From Chloroflexota bacterium (GTDB lineage: Bacteria > Chloroflexota > Chloroflexia > Chloroflexales > Herpetosiphonaceae): a stretch of 64,000 bases of DNA. The DNA lies in NCBI GenBank assembly GCA_020161265.1, contig JAIUOC010000003.1:299024-363023 (forward strand), read 5' to 3'. This document shows, in pieces, positions 10,035 through 19,676 of the stretch (positions are counted from its first letter, which is position 1; each line of letters opens with the position of its first letter). Both the position numbers and the translations under genes were made by a program. The notes beneath the pieces are model-generated. The model worked only from the letters and a program-made list of their open reading frames with translations. It did not search any database and had not been told where the DNA came from.

Positions 10035-12119
10035 CTAGCGCAACGCAAAGAAGCCAAGCACGATCACCACACCGATCACAAACATCAGTGCATACGAGCG
10101 TACATAGCCCGATTGGAACGTTCGCAAGCCGCGACCCGACAAGCCGACAAGCTCTGCCGTGCCATTAACGATGCCATCAATAATTTTGACATCGAAGAAC
10201 TTACCAAAGAAGCTAGCCAAGGCCTTGTAGGGCTTGACCAAAACCGCGTTGTACAACGCATCAAAGCCCCATTTTTCCTCAAGGATGGCATAGAAATCGC
10301 CGCCCCAGTGGTGCAACAGGTCGCGTTGGTTGGGCTTGATCCGTTTGTGCTTGGCTGCCCAATTGTAGAGATAGAAGCCTGCGGCAAACGATGCCAAGCC
10401 TAAGATCGTTACAATTGCGGCGATGTTGAGGTGGAACTTAGCAGCTTCTTCTTCGACGATTGGCTCAAGCCATGTGGTTAATGGATGCCAGCCAGGAACG
10501 TTGATCAAACCACTGGCGAGGGTCAAGCCTGCCAAAATCCACAATGGAATCGTCATCCAGCGGCTGCTTTCGTGGGCATGAATGTGCTGATCACGTTGTT
10601 CGCCAAAGAAGACCATTGAGATTTGGCGGCCCATGTAGAACGAAGTCAAGACTGCGCCCAACACCAACAGCATGCCAACTGTGCGATGGTCGTGATCAAA
10701 GGCATGGCCGATGATTTCATCTTTCGACCAAAAACCCGAAACCAAGGGGAAGCCGATCAAGCCCATCGTCCCAACAATATATGTCCAGAAGGTGGCGGGC
10801 ATTTTCTTGCGCAGACCGCCCATCTTGCGCATATCTTGCTCGTTGCCAAAGCCATGAATCACTGAGCCAGAGCCAAGGAACAAGAGCGCCTTGAAAATCC
10901 CGTGGGTCAGCAGGTGGAACATCGCGGCAACGTATGCTCCCATGCCCACGGCTGCCACCATAAAGCCCAATTGCGAGACGGTCGAGAAGGCCAGAACCTT
11001 CTTGATATCGTATTGACCGAGCGCAATTGAAGCAGCGACCAAAGCGGTAGCAACCCCAATAAAGGTTACAGTGCTTTGAACCGATGGCGATAATTCAAAG
11101 ATTGGATGGGTGCGGATCATCAAATACACGCCAGCGGTAACCATGGTTGCGGCGTGAATCAAGGCCGAAACAGGGGTTGGGCCAGCCATTGCATCGGGCA
11201 ACCAGACAAACAGCGGAATTTGCGCCGATTTACCAGTTACGCCAAGCAACAGCATAAAGGCAATCGCCCCAGCCGCCGTGTATTGCGTGCCCATAAAGAA
11301 GGTGCTGTATTGTTGCAGCGAGAAGACCGTCCCTTGCTCCAAGACTTCGCGGAAGACCAATGAATGCAAGAAGGTACCATCGGGTTTACGCGCCAAGGCC
11401 CAAATTGCAAACATCGCCATCAACAAGCCAAAGTCGCCAACCCGGTTGGTTACAAAAGCTTTGACTGAAGCCCATGGTGGGTCGCGTTGTTCAAACCAGA
11501 AGCCAATCAGCAAGAACGAACACAAGCCCACGCCTTCCCAACCTAAGAAAAGCATCACAAAGTTGTTGCCCATGACGAGCATCAACATTGCCACAATAAA
11601 TAAGTTGAGGTAGACGAAAAAGCGGGTAGGCCGTTCATCGTGGCTCATATAGCCTACGGCATAGAGGTGAATTAACGTCCCTACGCCAGTGACCAAGAGC
11701 ATCATCGTGACCGAAAGTTGGTCGATCAAGAAACCAAAAGGAACTTCCAAATCGCCAAAGGCCATCCAGTTCCAATAGGTTACATCGAACCAACGATTAT
11801 TTTCGCCCAATGTGGTTGTGGCAGGCATACCCAGCAACTCAATCAGAGTTGCGACGGTCAGCACAAAGCCCAAACCAACCATGACGCTGGCAATCAAGCC
11901 AGAGCGTTTAGCGGTGGGATTATCGCCATGTCCATGGTGCGCGTCACCGTGGCCATGCCCGTGATCATGCCCATGGTCGTGGTGGGCGTTGGCGCGACTG
12001 AGACGCAAATCGTTCAGCCCCAACAGAGTATTGATCACGACACCGAGCAGTGGCAGCAACGGCACAAGCCAAATTAATTCCGCCATAAGTTCTCCAGTAG
12101 ACACTTCGGCAAGGTGCAA
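10035..12119 (-). CDS. nuoL: NADH-quinone oxidoreductase subunit L, with a His-rich N-proximal insertion
   Basis: 694-aa antiporter-like subunit, e.g. 'WLPDAMAGPTPVSALIHAATMVTAGVY'. Contains 'HHDHGHDHGHGHGDAHHGHG' near the N-terminus. Confidence 0.9.
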   Translation of the reverse strand: MHLAEVSTGELMAELIWLVPLLPLLGVVINTLLGLNDLRLSRANAHHDHGHDHGHGHGDAHHGHGDNPTAKRSGLIASVMVGLGFVLTVATLIELLGMPATTTLGENNRWFDVTYWNWMAFGDLEVPFGFLIDQLSVTMMLLVTGVGTLIHLYAVGYMSHDERPTRFFVYLNLFIVAMLMLVMGNNFVMLFLGWEGVGLCSFLLIGFWFEQRDPPWASVKAFVTNRVGDFGLLMAMFAIWALARKPDGTFLHSLVFREVLEQGTVFSLQQYSTFFMGTQYTAAGAIAFMLLLGVTGKSAQIPLFVWLPDAMAGPTPVSALIHAATMVTAGVYLMIRTHPIFELSPSVQSTVTFIGVATALVAASIALGQYDIKKVLAFSTVSQLGFMVAAVGMGAYVAAMFHLLTHGIFKALLFLGSGSVIHGFGNEQDMRKMGGLRKKMPATFWTYIVGTMGLIGFPLVSGFWSKDEIIGHAFDHDHRTVGMLLVLGAVLTSFYMGRQISMVFFGEQRDQHIHAHESSRWMTIPLWILAGLTLASGLINVPGWHPLTTWLEPIVEEEAAKFHLNIAAIVTILGLASFAAGFYLYNWAAKHKRIKPNQRDLLHHWGGDFYAILEEKWGFDALYNAVLVKPYKALASFFGKFFDVKIIDGIVNGTAELVGLSGRGLRTFQSGYVRSYALMFVIGVVIVLGFFALR

Positions 12120-12128
12120 GGCCGTTGC

Positions 12129-12431
12129 CTAGCCCTTGAGCGTATTCACGTCATCAATGTTGGTGGTCTTTTTGGCACGGAAAATCGACACCAACAGCGC
12201 CAAACCGACTGCGACTTCTGCCGCAGCGACTGCAATCACGAAGAATGTGATAATTTGGCCATCGCTTTCAGCACGTGCACGGCTAAACGCAATTAACGCC
12301 AAATTGGCCGAATTGAGCATCAACTCGACCGACATAAACATCACGATTACATTGCGACGCACCAAGACCCCAACGACTCCAATCGTAAAAAGAATTGCGC
12401 TCAAGAGCACATATGCGTTGGTTGAAATCAC
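12129..12431 (-). CDS. nuoK: NADH-quinone oxidoreductase subunit K
   Basis: 100 aa with 3 TM helices, positioned between nuoJ and nuoL. Confidence 0.85.
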
Positions 12432-13018
12432 GATTGGCTCTCCTCACGGGCAACCACCCGCCGACGGGTCAGCACGACTGTCCCGACTACTGCAATCAAG
12501 AGCAAAATTGAAATCACTTCAAAAGGCAAGAGATAGGTGCTGAAAAGTTTGGCGCTGATCGTGGTTGGTGCGCCAATGTTGGTTGCATCGGCCACCGGAG
12601 CATCGATTAATTTCGTGCCACGATAGGCCACATAGCCAATCTCGGCCAATAATGCGACACCCAAGACGAGGCCAGCCGGCTTTTGCCAGCCGATTTTCTC
12701 CTCGCCAAGCTCGGCATTTTCAGCGCCCAACAGCATGATCACGAACAGGAACAGCACCATAATCGCGCCAGCATAAACCGTCACTTGAACAGCACCGAGA
12801 AACGGCGCACGCAGCAAAAAATATAAAATGGCGACCGAGCAGAAATTCAAAATCAAAAACAGCGCACTATGCACTGCATTGCTGCTCAGCACCATTGCCA
12901 AGGCTGCCCCCACCGCCACAATGGCCGTGGTGATAAACAAAAATGTTTCCATGGACACTCCCAGATAAAGGATGAAGGATGAGGGATGAAATTCAAACCC
13001 CGTTGGCACGCCCTTCAC
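12428..13018 (-). CDS. nuoJ: NADH-quinone oxidoreductase subunit J
   Basis: 196-aa membrane protein whose end overlaps the nuoK start by 4 bp. Confidence 0.8.
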
Positions 13019-13131
13019 ACTTTGTACCGTTGGCTACCCTTAGCGATAAAGCAGAAGCTTGGGTGCTGAGCAATCAAATTCAGCCTGAACTAGCCCATCC
13101 TTCATACTTCATCCTTCATACTTCATACCTT

Positions 13132-13638
13132 TTATAGGTCTATTTGGGCCGGTGGGTTAAGTTGTTTGCCAGTTTGTTGCAAGACTGGTGGCACTTCGCC
13201 GTGGCCTTTATCGACCGCAACCAGCAACATATCTTGGGTATAGATCGAGGCGCGGCGGTCGTAGAAGGCCAATTCATATTGGTGTTCAAGCACAATTGCA
13301 TTGGTGGGGCATGCATCTTCGCAGTAGCCACAGAAAATACAACGCAACATGTTAATTTCATAAACAGCCGCATGGCGTTCGCCTGCCGAGCGTGGATTCG
13401 CCGGATCGTTCTGGCCAGGCACCACATAAATTGCATCTGCCGGACAAGCAGCGGCACACAGCGAACAACCGATACACCGCTCTAGACCATTGGCAAAACG
13501 CTTCAGCTCATGCCGACCACGGAAGCGCTCGCGGACAGGCCGTTTGACCTCAGGATATTCAACGGTCACAGGCTTTTTGAAGAGATATTTCGCCGTGGTT
13601 TTGAGACCCTTAAAATAGGCCATCGTTCCTTTCAGCAT
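13132..13638 (-). CDS. nuoI: NADH-quinone oxidoreductase subunit I (2x[4Fe-4S] ferredoxin)
   Basis: Two CxxCxxCxxxCP motifs, 'CIGCSLCAAACP' and 'CIFCGYCEDACP'. Confidence 0.9.
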   Translation of the reverse strand: MLKGTMAYFKGLKTTAKYLFKKPVTVEYPEVKRPVRERFRGRHELKRFANGLERCIGCSLCAAACPADAIYVVPGQNDPANPRSAGERHAAVYEINMLRCIFCGYCEDACPTNAIVLEHQYELAFYDRRASIYTQDMLLVAVDKGHGEVPPVLQQTGKQLNPPAQIDL

Positions 13639-13986
13639 TGGCGATTCCTTTCTCGGTGCGTGACTCCTATGGCGTTCACGCCAAAACCGCCACTATGCAT
13701 CAAGCGGCGGTGCAATGTCATTCGAATCGGTGCCGTCGCGGGCGCGTTTATTTTATCACAATCTCTTGATAAGCCAAACAGGGGGAATAAGGATGAAGGA
13801 TGAATTATGAGGGATGAAATTAAGAACATAGAACATAGGGCGATCGGCGTTTGGCTTTGGGCGATTGGCTATCGGAACGTTGTGTGGTATGACACTCATT
13901 CGCGATAGCCAATCGCCTATAGCCTATAGCCTTTTGTCACATCTTCGTGCGCTTCGTGGATCAAAATATCCCAAATCCTCGATGTT

Positions 13987-15195
13987 CTAGGCTAGAGTTT
14001 CTTGCTCATTCCAACCAGCAAAAGGATCATCGATTTGCCAAGTTGCGGCTGGTTGTTGCCATTCGTGATCGCTGACCAAACATGCATCCAACGCTTGTTG
14101 CAACCATTGTTGATCAAAATCTTGGCCAATAAAGACTAGTTCTTGGCGACGATCACCAACTTGCTCATCCCATAGGGCTTCAATTTCGGCACGTTCCTCG
14201 GCAGTTTCGGGCCATTCGCTCTGATCGCTATCGGCCCACCACTCGCCAGCTGGCTCAACACGGCAATTTTGGCCTGCTTGCGAGAGTAATCCAGCGGTTG
14301 TGGGCTGTGAAATTACCCAAAAGAAGCCTTTGGCGCGAATCACTCCAGGCCAATCGTTATTCACAAACTCCCAAAAACGTTGAGCTGCAAATGGCCGTCG
14401 AGCACGATACACCCAACTGCGAATGCCATATTCCTCGGTTTCGGGTGTATGTTCACCACGCAATTCGGCCAGTCAGCCAGGTGCAGCGCTCGCTTGATCA
14501 AAATCAAACAAGCCAGTATTCAGAATTTCGCTGAGTGGCACTTGACCATGCTGGGCATGAATAATCTTGGCCTGCGGATTGAGTTTATTTAGCAATTCGT
14601 GTAAATGAGTTAATTGTTCAGCACTGATTAAATCAGTTTTATTAATGATCAACACATTGCAAAACTCAATCTGATCGATCAATAAATCGACCAAGGTGCG
14701 CTCATCAGCCTCGTCAATTGCCAAATCACGGTCGCGCAAATCGTGGGCAGCATTGAAATCGTGCAAGAAATTGAGGGCATCAACCACCGTCACCATCGTA
14801 TCGAGTTGAGCAATTTCGCCCAAACTGAGGCCTGATTCATCTTCGAAGGTAAAGGTTTCGGCTACGGGCAATGGCTCCGAAATGCCTGTCGATTCGATCA
14901 ACAGATAATCGAAACGGCCAGCACGAGCCAACTTACCGACCTCAAGCAGCAGATCTTCACGTAAGGTACAGCAAATACAACCATTGCTTAACTCGATCAA
15001 TTGTTCTTCGACCCGATTGAGCGCAAGCTCGCCTTGACCTACCAACCGCGCATCGATATTAACTTCGCTCATATCGTTGACGATGACGGCGACCCGCAAA
15101 CCCTCGCGATTGGCCAAAATATGATTTAATAAGGTGGTTTTCCCCGCACCGAGAAACCCAGAAAGTACAGTTACAGGCAGCGGCAACTTCGACAT
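13987..15195 (-). pseudogene. COG0523/CobW-family G3E GTPase (metallochaperone) interrupted by an in-frame TGA. The N-terminal GTPase part is 14473-15195 and the CobW_C part is 13987-14463.
   Basis: P-loop '[11 protein letters not shown]' and a 'CICCTL' metal motif are in the upstream ORF. The downstream ORF, in the same frame, carries a CobW_C-like 'EEYGIRSWVYRARRPF'. The two are separated only by TGA at 14473-14475 plus 3 sense codons. Confidence 0.55.
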
Positions 15196-15340
15196 TTGGC
15201 TTTAATCCTTATTTATTGATACCATGTATCATTATAATCGATTTTTGAATTCGTCAAGCAGCGTTTGACAAAACGACCAAAGCGGAGTATACTTCAGCAC
15301 TGTTGAACGGCAAAATCGCCCAAAACACACAACTATATAA

Positions 15341-15416
15341 TCCCTGATAGCTCAGTTGGTAGAGCAATTGACTGTTAATCAATGGGTCCTAGGTTCGAGT
15401 CCTAGTCAGGGAGCCA
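15341..15416 (+). tRNA. tRNA-Asn (anticodon GTT)
   Basis: Cloverleaf read by hand: acceptor tccctga/tcaggga, D-arm gctcagttggtagagc, anticodon loop cuGUUaa, T-arm ggttcgagtcc, encoded CCA. Confidence 0.85.
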
Positions 15417-15436
15417 CTTCTTTTTACAATTGATAA

Positions 15437-15512
15437 TCCCTGATAGCTCAGTTGGTAGAGCGGTTGACTGTTAATCAGCATGTCCTAGGTTCGAGTCCTA
15501 GTCAGGGAGCCA
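15437..15512 (+). tRNA. tRNA-Asn (anticodon GTT), second tandem copy
   Basis: Near-identical to the first copy, differing only in the anticodon stem and variable loop. Encoded CCA. Confidence 0.85.
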
Positions 15513-15516
15513 CAAC

Positions 15517-15560
15517 CGACAAACGTCCATTGAGCAATCAGATGGGCGTTTGTTAATTAA
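15517..15560 (+). terminator. Stem-loop after the tRNA pair
   Basis: acaaacgtccat...atgggcgtttgt inverted repeat directly 3' of the second tRNA. Confidence 0.4.
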
Positions 15561-15833
15561 GACACAAAAAATAAAGCACTGCGTCAAACACAGTCGCTTG
15601 GTATCAATACATCATCAGGGATAACCACCGTATTCCTGATATGGACAACTGGCAGCGGTCACATGAATGGCTACCATTCATACAACGATCTCAGCATGCC
15701 AAGAATCTTGTCCCCTTTATCTATTCATTTGGTAAGGTGCGTTAGTTTACAGAGGATACTCCACTCGCGATATAGCTGACGGTCGCCAAACACAAAGCAT
15801 ATATCGCAATAGAACTGGCCCAACTATCAGACA

Positions 15834-16100
15834 CTAGTTAGTCTGCTGAAGTTGGGCCAGTTCTACTTTTTTAGGATAAAAAAGTCCAACGGGTTCATTA
15901 TCTGGCACTTGTACCAGTAAATCACCAGGTGAAACTTCAAGAATTGAGCAAATCTTATCTAAGATTGGCAGGTCTACGCGTGTCGTATAACCACGATACA
16001 AACCTTTTGCAGTGTTATACGAGATATCAGCTCGATCTGCCAGATCTTGAATAGATAACCCTTTTTCTTCTGCAAATCTTCCCACGTTTAATACGATCAT
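15834..16100 (-). CDS. XRE (Cro/CI-type) HTH transcriptional regulator
   Basis: 88 aa with an HTH_3-like 'LSIQDLADRADISYNTAKGLYRG'. Confidence 0.8.
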   Translation of the reverse strand: MIVLNVGRFAEEKGLSIQDLADRADISYNTAKGLYRGYTTRVDLPILDKICSILEVSPGDLLVQVPDNEPVGLFYPKKVELAQLQQTN

Positions 16101-16176
16101 AAAGACCCCCTGTAACTTGGCCGTAAGTCTATTAGATCTGTTTTATTTTATCAACTTTTATTCTTTTCGACTTGTT

Positions 16177-16250
16177 GCCATTAGGTTGCTCCATTTTATA
16201 ATTTCAACTTTTCGACTTGTTGAAATTATAAAATGGAGCAACCTAATGGC
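16177..16250. promoter_or_regulatory. Perfect 32-bp inverted repeat (arms 16177-16208 and 16219-16250, 10-nt spacer) overlapping the RBS and ATG of the downstream gene. Candidate operator.
   Basis: gccattaggttgctccattttataatttcaac is the exact reverse complement of gttgaaattataaaatggagcaacctaatggc. A direct 13-mer ttttcgacttgtt precedes each arm. Confidence 0.5.
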
Positions 16251-16743
16251 ACACACAAAAGCGGTCACCTATAACTTCAAGAATCGGGATTTCGATGCGT
16301 CCGTGAACGGCGAGTACATTGGCTCATTCCCAACCGATCTGGATGCACGAATGGCCTGCAATCGTTTAGTGTTGGAATTGATTGAGTTGGATAATCGGGC
16401 TGTTGAGGAAGCTGAAGAAGTAATGGCCATTGGCGTGGTTGAACCCGTTGCCGAAGCTAGCGCTGAGGTTGCTTTGTTTGAAGTCGTCGATCTGATTCCC
16501 ATGCCTGTGGTTACCGCCACGACCTATGCCAACACCCCTATTGATGCGCTTGCCCGCACCATGGTCATTTTGAGCCGCAACTGGCAACGGGCGATTCGCG
16601 CAGGTCGGTATACTGATGCCGAGCGGATTGAAGCTCATGAACAGGCCGTCCGCAGCCAATTCCGCTCCCTCTCCTGTCCTGCATTGCCACCCACGTCTGC
16701 TACTCAGCAGTGCCCAACGACCAGTCGCCAGATTAACTATTAA
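16246..16743 (+). CDS. Hypothetical protein (islet cargo)
   Basis: ORF with GGAG RBS 9 nt upstream of ATG 16246. No recognisable motif. Confidence 0.5.
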   Translation: MAHTKAVTYNFKNRDFDASVNGEYIGSFPTDLDARMACNRLVLELIELDNRAVEEAEEVMAIGVVEPVAEASAEVALFEVVDLIPMPVVTATTYANTPIDALARTMVILSRNWQRAIRAGRYTDAERIEAHEQAVRSQFRSLSCPALPPTSATQQCPTTSRQINY

Positions 16744-16833
16744 ACCCTTCACTGCTCTTCAAAGCAGCAAAGGGCCTCACATGACCGAGGTGCAGACTGC
16801 AACCTAGCCTCGGTCACGAAAGGATGATACCTG

Positions 16834-17151
16834 ATGTCACAGACCCATGTCAATCACGACCGCTGCCAACGCTTGGCGCGTGCCAGTGCGATTGTTCAAC
16901 TGGCTACTATTATTCAGGAAGAAGAAGGCCTCGACGACAACACCGCCTACACGCTGGCTGAACACGAACTCGATGCCATCGCTGTGACCGAAGCGGCATG
17001 GAGCGAACCGCAACCCCTCGCCATGCTTCGTATCCTGCCAACAGCGTGGGGGATCGTGCTGGTGCGCAACGGTTCGCGCGTGGTCGTACATCGTGCCGAT
17101 ATTCCGGCGGTGCTGGAATCCTTGACCCGTTGGGCTGCTGTATCCTATTAA
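16834..17151 (+). CDS. Hypothetical protein
   Basis: 105-aa ORF with no motif. Confidence 0.4.
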   Translation: MSQTHVNHDRCQRLARASAIVQLATIIQEEEGLDDNTAYTLAEHELDAIAVTEAAWSEPQPLAMLRILPTAWGIVLVRNGSRVVVHRADIPAVLESLTRWAAVSY

Positions 17152-17174
17152 TAGATATAGCGAGGACTATTGTT

Positions 17175-17534
17175 ATGGCTGATACTGCATCACCGCTCGC
17201 AAGCATCAAAGTGGAGCACCAGATTCACTTCACCCTTGATGGCTTTCCTTGCACCACCTCGGTGGCAGGTGCGACCGCCGATCAACTCAAAGTCGTGATT
17301 GATCGCCTCAAAGCGATCGGAGCACAACCACCCACGACACACCCAGCTCAACCAACCCAACCAGTCGCCGCTGCTGCACCACCCAGTGCTCCCGCCCAAC
17401 GCCTCTGCCCAACCCATGGTTCGCCCTTGCAGTTACGCCAAGGCACGCGACGCGGTGGCAAGCCCTACAAATTTTGGAGCTGCAACCATACCGATGCGGA
17501 TGGCAACTGGTGTGATCATACCGAGAAGCCGTAG
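17175..17534 (+). CDS. Hypothetical protein with a C-terminal zinc-ribbon-like motif
   Basis: 'CPTHGSPL...FWSCNHTDADGNWC' resembles a small C4/C3H zinc ribbon. Pro/Ala-rich linker. Confidence 0.4.
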   Translation: MADTASPLASIKVEHQIHFTLDGFPCTTSVAGATADQLKVVIDRLKAIGAQPPTTHPAQPTQPVAAAAPPSAPAQRLCPTHGSPLQLRQGTRRGGKPYKFWSCNHTDADGNWCDHTEKP

Positions 17535-17696
17535 TGGAGGGTATTCATGGAATTAACCGCTGCGGCGATTCGTCGCTATGTGACCACCCGCTTGGCCACG
17601 CACATTGCTGACATACACGCGCTCCCTAGTCCACATCCTGAATGGGATGTTGGGTATCTTGATCAGTAAGTCTCTAGGAATAGCAGATGTCACTCC

Positions 17697-18002
17697 CTAA
17701 CTCTGAGCGTCATCCAGCAGTATTCTGCTCCATTCCAGAAGCTGTTGGCGACCAGATTCGCCGACCAACTTCTCGCTGATTGCTAAGCGAACAACCTGCC
17801 GCCGAACCGCTTCAAGGACAACATCATGATAGTGGTTCACGATCCATTTGTGCCAGTCCTCGGGTGTGGTCTGATTATCAGCAAGGTGGATAAGAAAGGC
17901 GGCAAATTCCTGGCGGTACGATGTGGACATAAACAGCCTCCAGGGCGGCACCGCCACCCAGTTCTGGGGATATGACACCCGCAGCGTCGGGAGGGGAGCC
18001 AT
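17697..18002 (-). CDS. Hypothetical protein
   Basis: ORF only. The start is uncertain. Confidence 0.3.
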   Translation of the reverse strand: MAPLPTLRVSYPQNWVAVPPWRLFMSTSYRQEFAAFLIHLADNQTTPEDWHKWIVNHYHDVVLEAVRRQVVRLAISEKLVGESGRQQLLEWSRILLDDAQS

Positions 18003-18725
18003 TGTTCGGTATGCTTGGACGGACCACCAACCAAGCTTTACTGCCCAAGGAGACTCCCCTCATGAACACGTTGCCAGCCTTGACCAGTCAACGTATTTTA
18101 AATGATACCATGGCCCTGCTCCAGACCTATATCCCACTTCAAGCCACAGGCTATCGCTGCCAGACAGCCTATGGGACGGCCTTGAGCGATCTGGCAGCAT
18201 AGATACGAGAGACCCTCGATGAACCCCTGCCGCCCCTCGTTGATCGCGAAGCCGATGGGCTGGCTATCGCGATTGACTGACTGATGATGGATGACCAGCC
18301 AGCAGTTCAAATCAGGCTGTTGGCGAATGTTTTTTTAGCGCGAAACGGTTATGATAATGGATATTGTCGCACATGGTCGGTATCGACCTGCTACCCCATA
18401 TGATGTTTAACGCGACACGTTCGCACCCCGTACTCAATTCCATGCCCCAGGCACCGCCGTTAAATCCACCCCAACCCCCGCACGATGGCCAGCAGAAGGA
18501 GTTTCCAGCTGTGGCCAAGCAACTGCGCGGACGATGGCACAACATCGCCAAACTGCACTAGCCATGTGACCCAAGAGTTGATTGGGTTGCAACTCCTCAG
18601 CACTGGCATACGTACACACCGCAGTGATACCAAGATTCCGTGTTGCACCAATCCAACTGGAGTGTCTGTCAGGTGAAAACGATACGTAGGCCCCAACAAA
18701 TAATCTTATTAGAGGAGAGACCCCT

Positions 18726-19676
18726 ATGCATACCAGACGGCTGGCCCTGTTAGCGAGCTTGTGTGCCGTGTTGCTTGGCTTTGCGGTGGCTAAACAACCT
18801 GAAGGAACACGCGCCAAGGCATTATTAACACCAACCCCAACGCCACTTCGCTCGGAATTAATTCTGAGCGGCCCGACCGAAGTTTACGTTGGTGAACTGT
18901 TTTTGATCATGATTCAATATGTCAATATTGGTGTGCCTTCCACCACAATCACCCTGAGTCCGAACAATCTGGCGCACTTTGATCCACCGATGATGATGCC
19001 GTGTAAGTCCAATGAACATATAACAGGGTGTCGCGCAATCACATTACGAGCAACGGCTGGGGGACTATTAAAAATTTCTGCATCGGCGACAGGCGAAGTA
19101 CCGATTGCTGGTGGTGGTTGGGCTTGGGGCAGTGCTCAGGAACGGAATCCATTGATGATCAATGTTGTTGATTCCAATGTGACGGCTACCGCAACAGCGA
19201 CTAACACGGCAACACCATGCCCAACTACCGTGGCGATGCGTGATAGCGCTTGTATCGGAACCCCAACGATCACGCCAACTAGTGGAAGTCCAACGGTCAC
19301 ACCACTGGTTAAAGAGTTGATTTTGAGTGCGCCACCGTTGGTGAATGTTGGCGATGCATTCAGTTTGACGATTCAGTATGTCAATATTGGGGTACCCTCT
19401 ACCGGAATTACCCTGAACCCAATCGGCACTGTCCAGTTTGATCCACCATTGACGATGCCCTGTACGTACAATCAACATCCAACGGGATGTCGCACGATTG
19501 GGTTGCGAGCGGTTGCCCCTGGTACGATTGAGATTGACGCTGGGGCGACTGGTGAAGTGCCAATCGCTGGTGGCGGCTGGGCTTGGGGTAGTGCCCAGGC
19601 ACGGAATTCTATTAATGTGCAAGTCCGTAGTGTTTTAGCCTATAAAACCTTCATTCCCTATGCCAAAGTTCAATAA
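18726..19676 (+). CDS. Secreted protein with two tandem ~100-aa internal repeats
   Basis: Signal peptide 'MHTRRLALLASLCAVLLGFAVA'. The block 'ELILS..IQYVNIGVPST..ITL.P......FDPP..MPC......TGCR.I.LRA.A.G...I.A.ATGEVPIAGGGWAWGSAQ.RN' occurs twice. Confidence 0.6.
   Translation: MHTRRLALLASLCAVLLGFAVAKQPEGTRAKALLTPTPTPLRSELILSGPTEVYVGELFLIMIQYVNIGVPSTTITLSPNNLAHFDPPMMMPCKSNEHITGCRAITLRATAGGLLKISASATGEVPIAGGGWAWGSAQERNPLMINVVDSNVTATATATNTATPCPTTVAMRDSACIGTPTITPTSGSPTVTPLVKELILSAPPLVNVGDAFSLTIQYVNIGVPSTGITLNPIGTVQFDPPLTMPCTYNQHPTGCRTIGLRAVAPGTIEIDAGATGEVPIAGGGWAWGSAQARNSINVQVRSVLAYKTFIPYAKVQ

Noticed and set aside
14473-14475. In-frame TGA in the CobW gene as selenocysteine or programmed recoding
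   Set aside because: The family has no known Sec site here and there is no obvious SECIS-like hairpin immediately downstream. A nonsense mutation from TGG, or a sequencing error, is simpler.
16117-16245. Upstream extension of the 16246 gene (ORF-track start at 16117)
   Set aside because: The extension would translate through the perfect palindrome and an AT-rich promoter-like region. GGAG and the ATG at 16246 give a better start.
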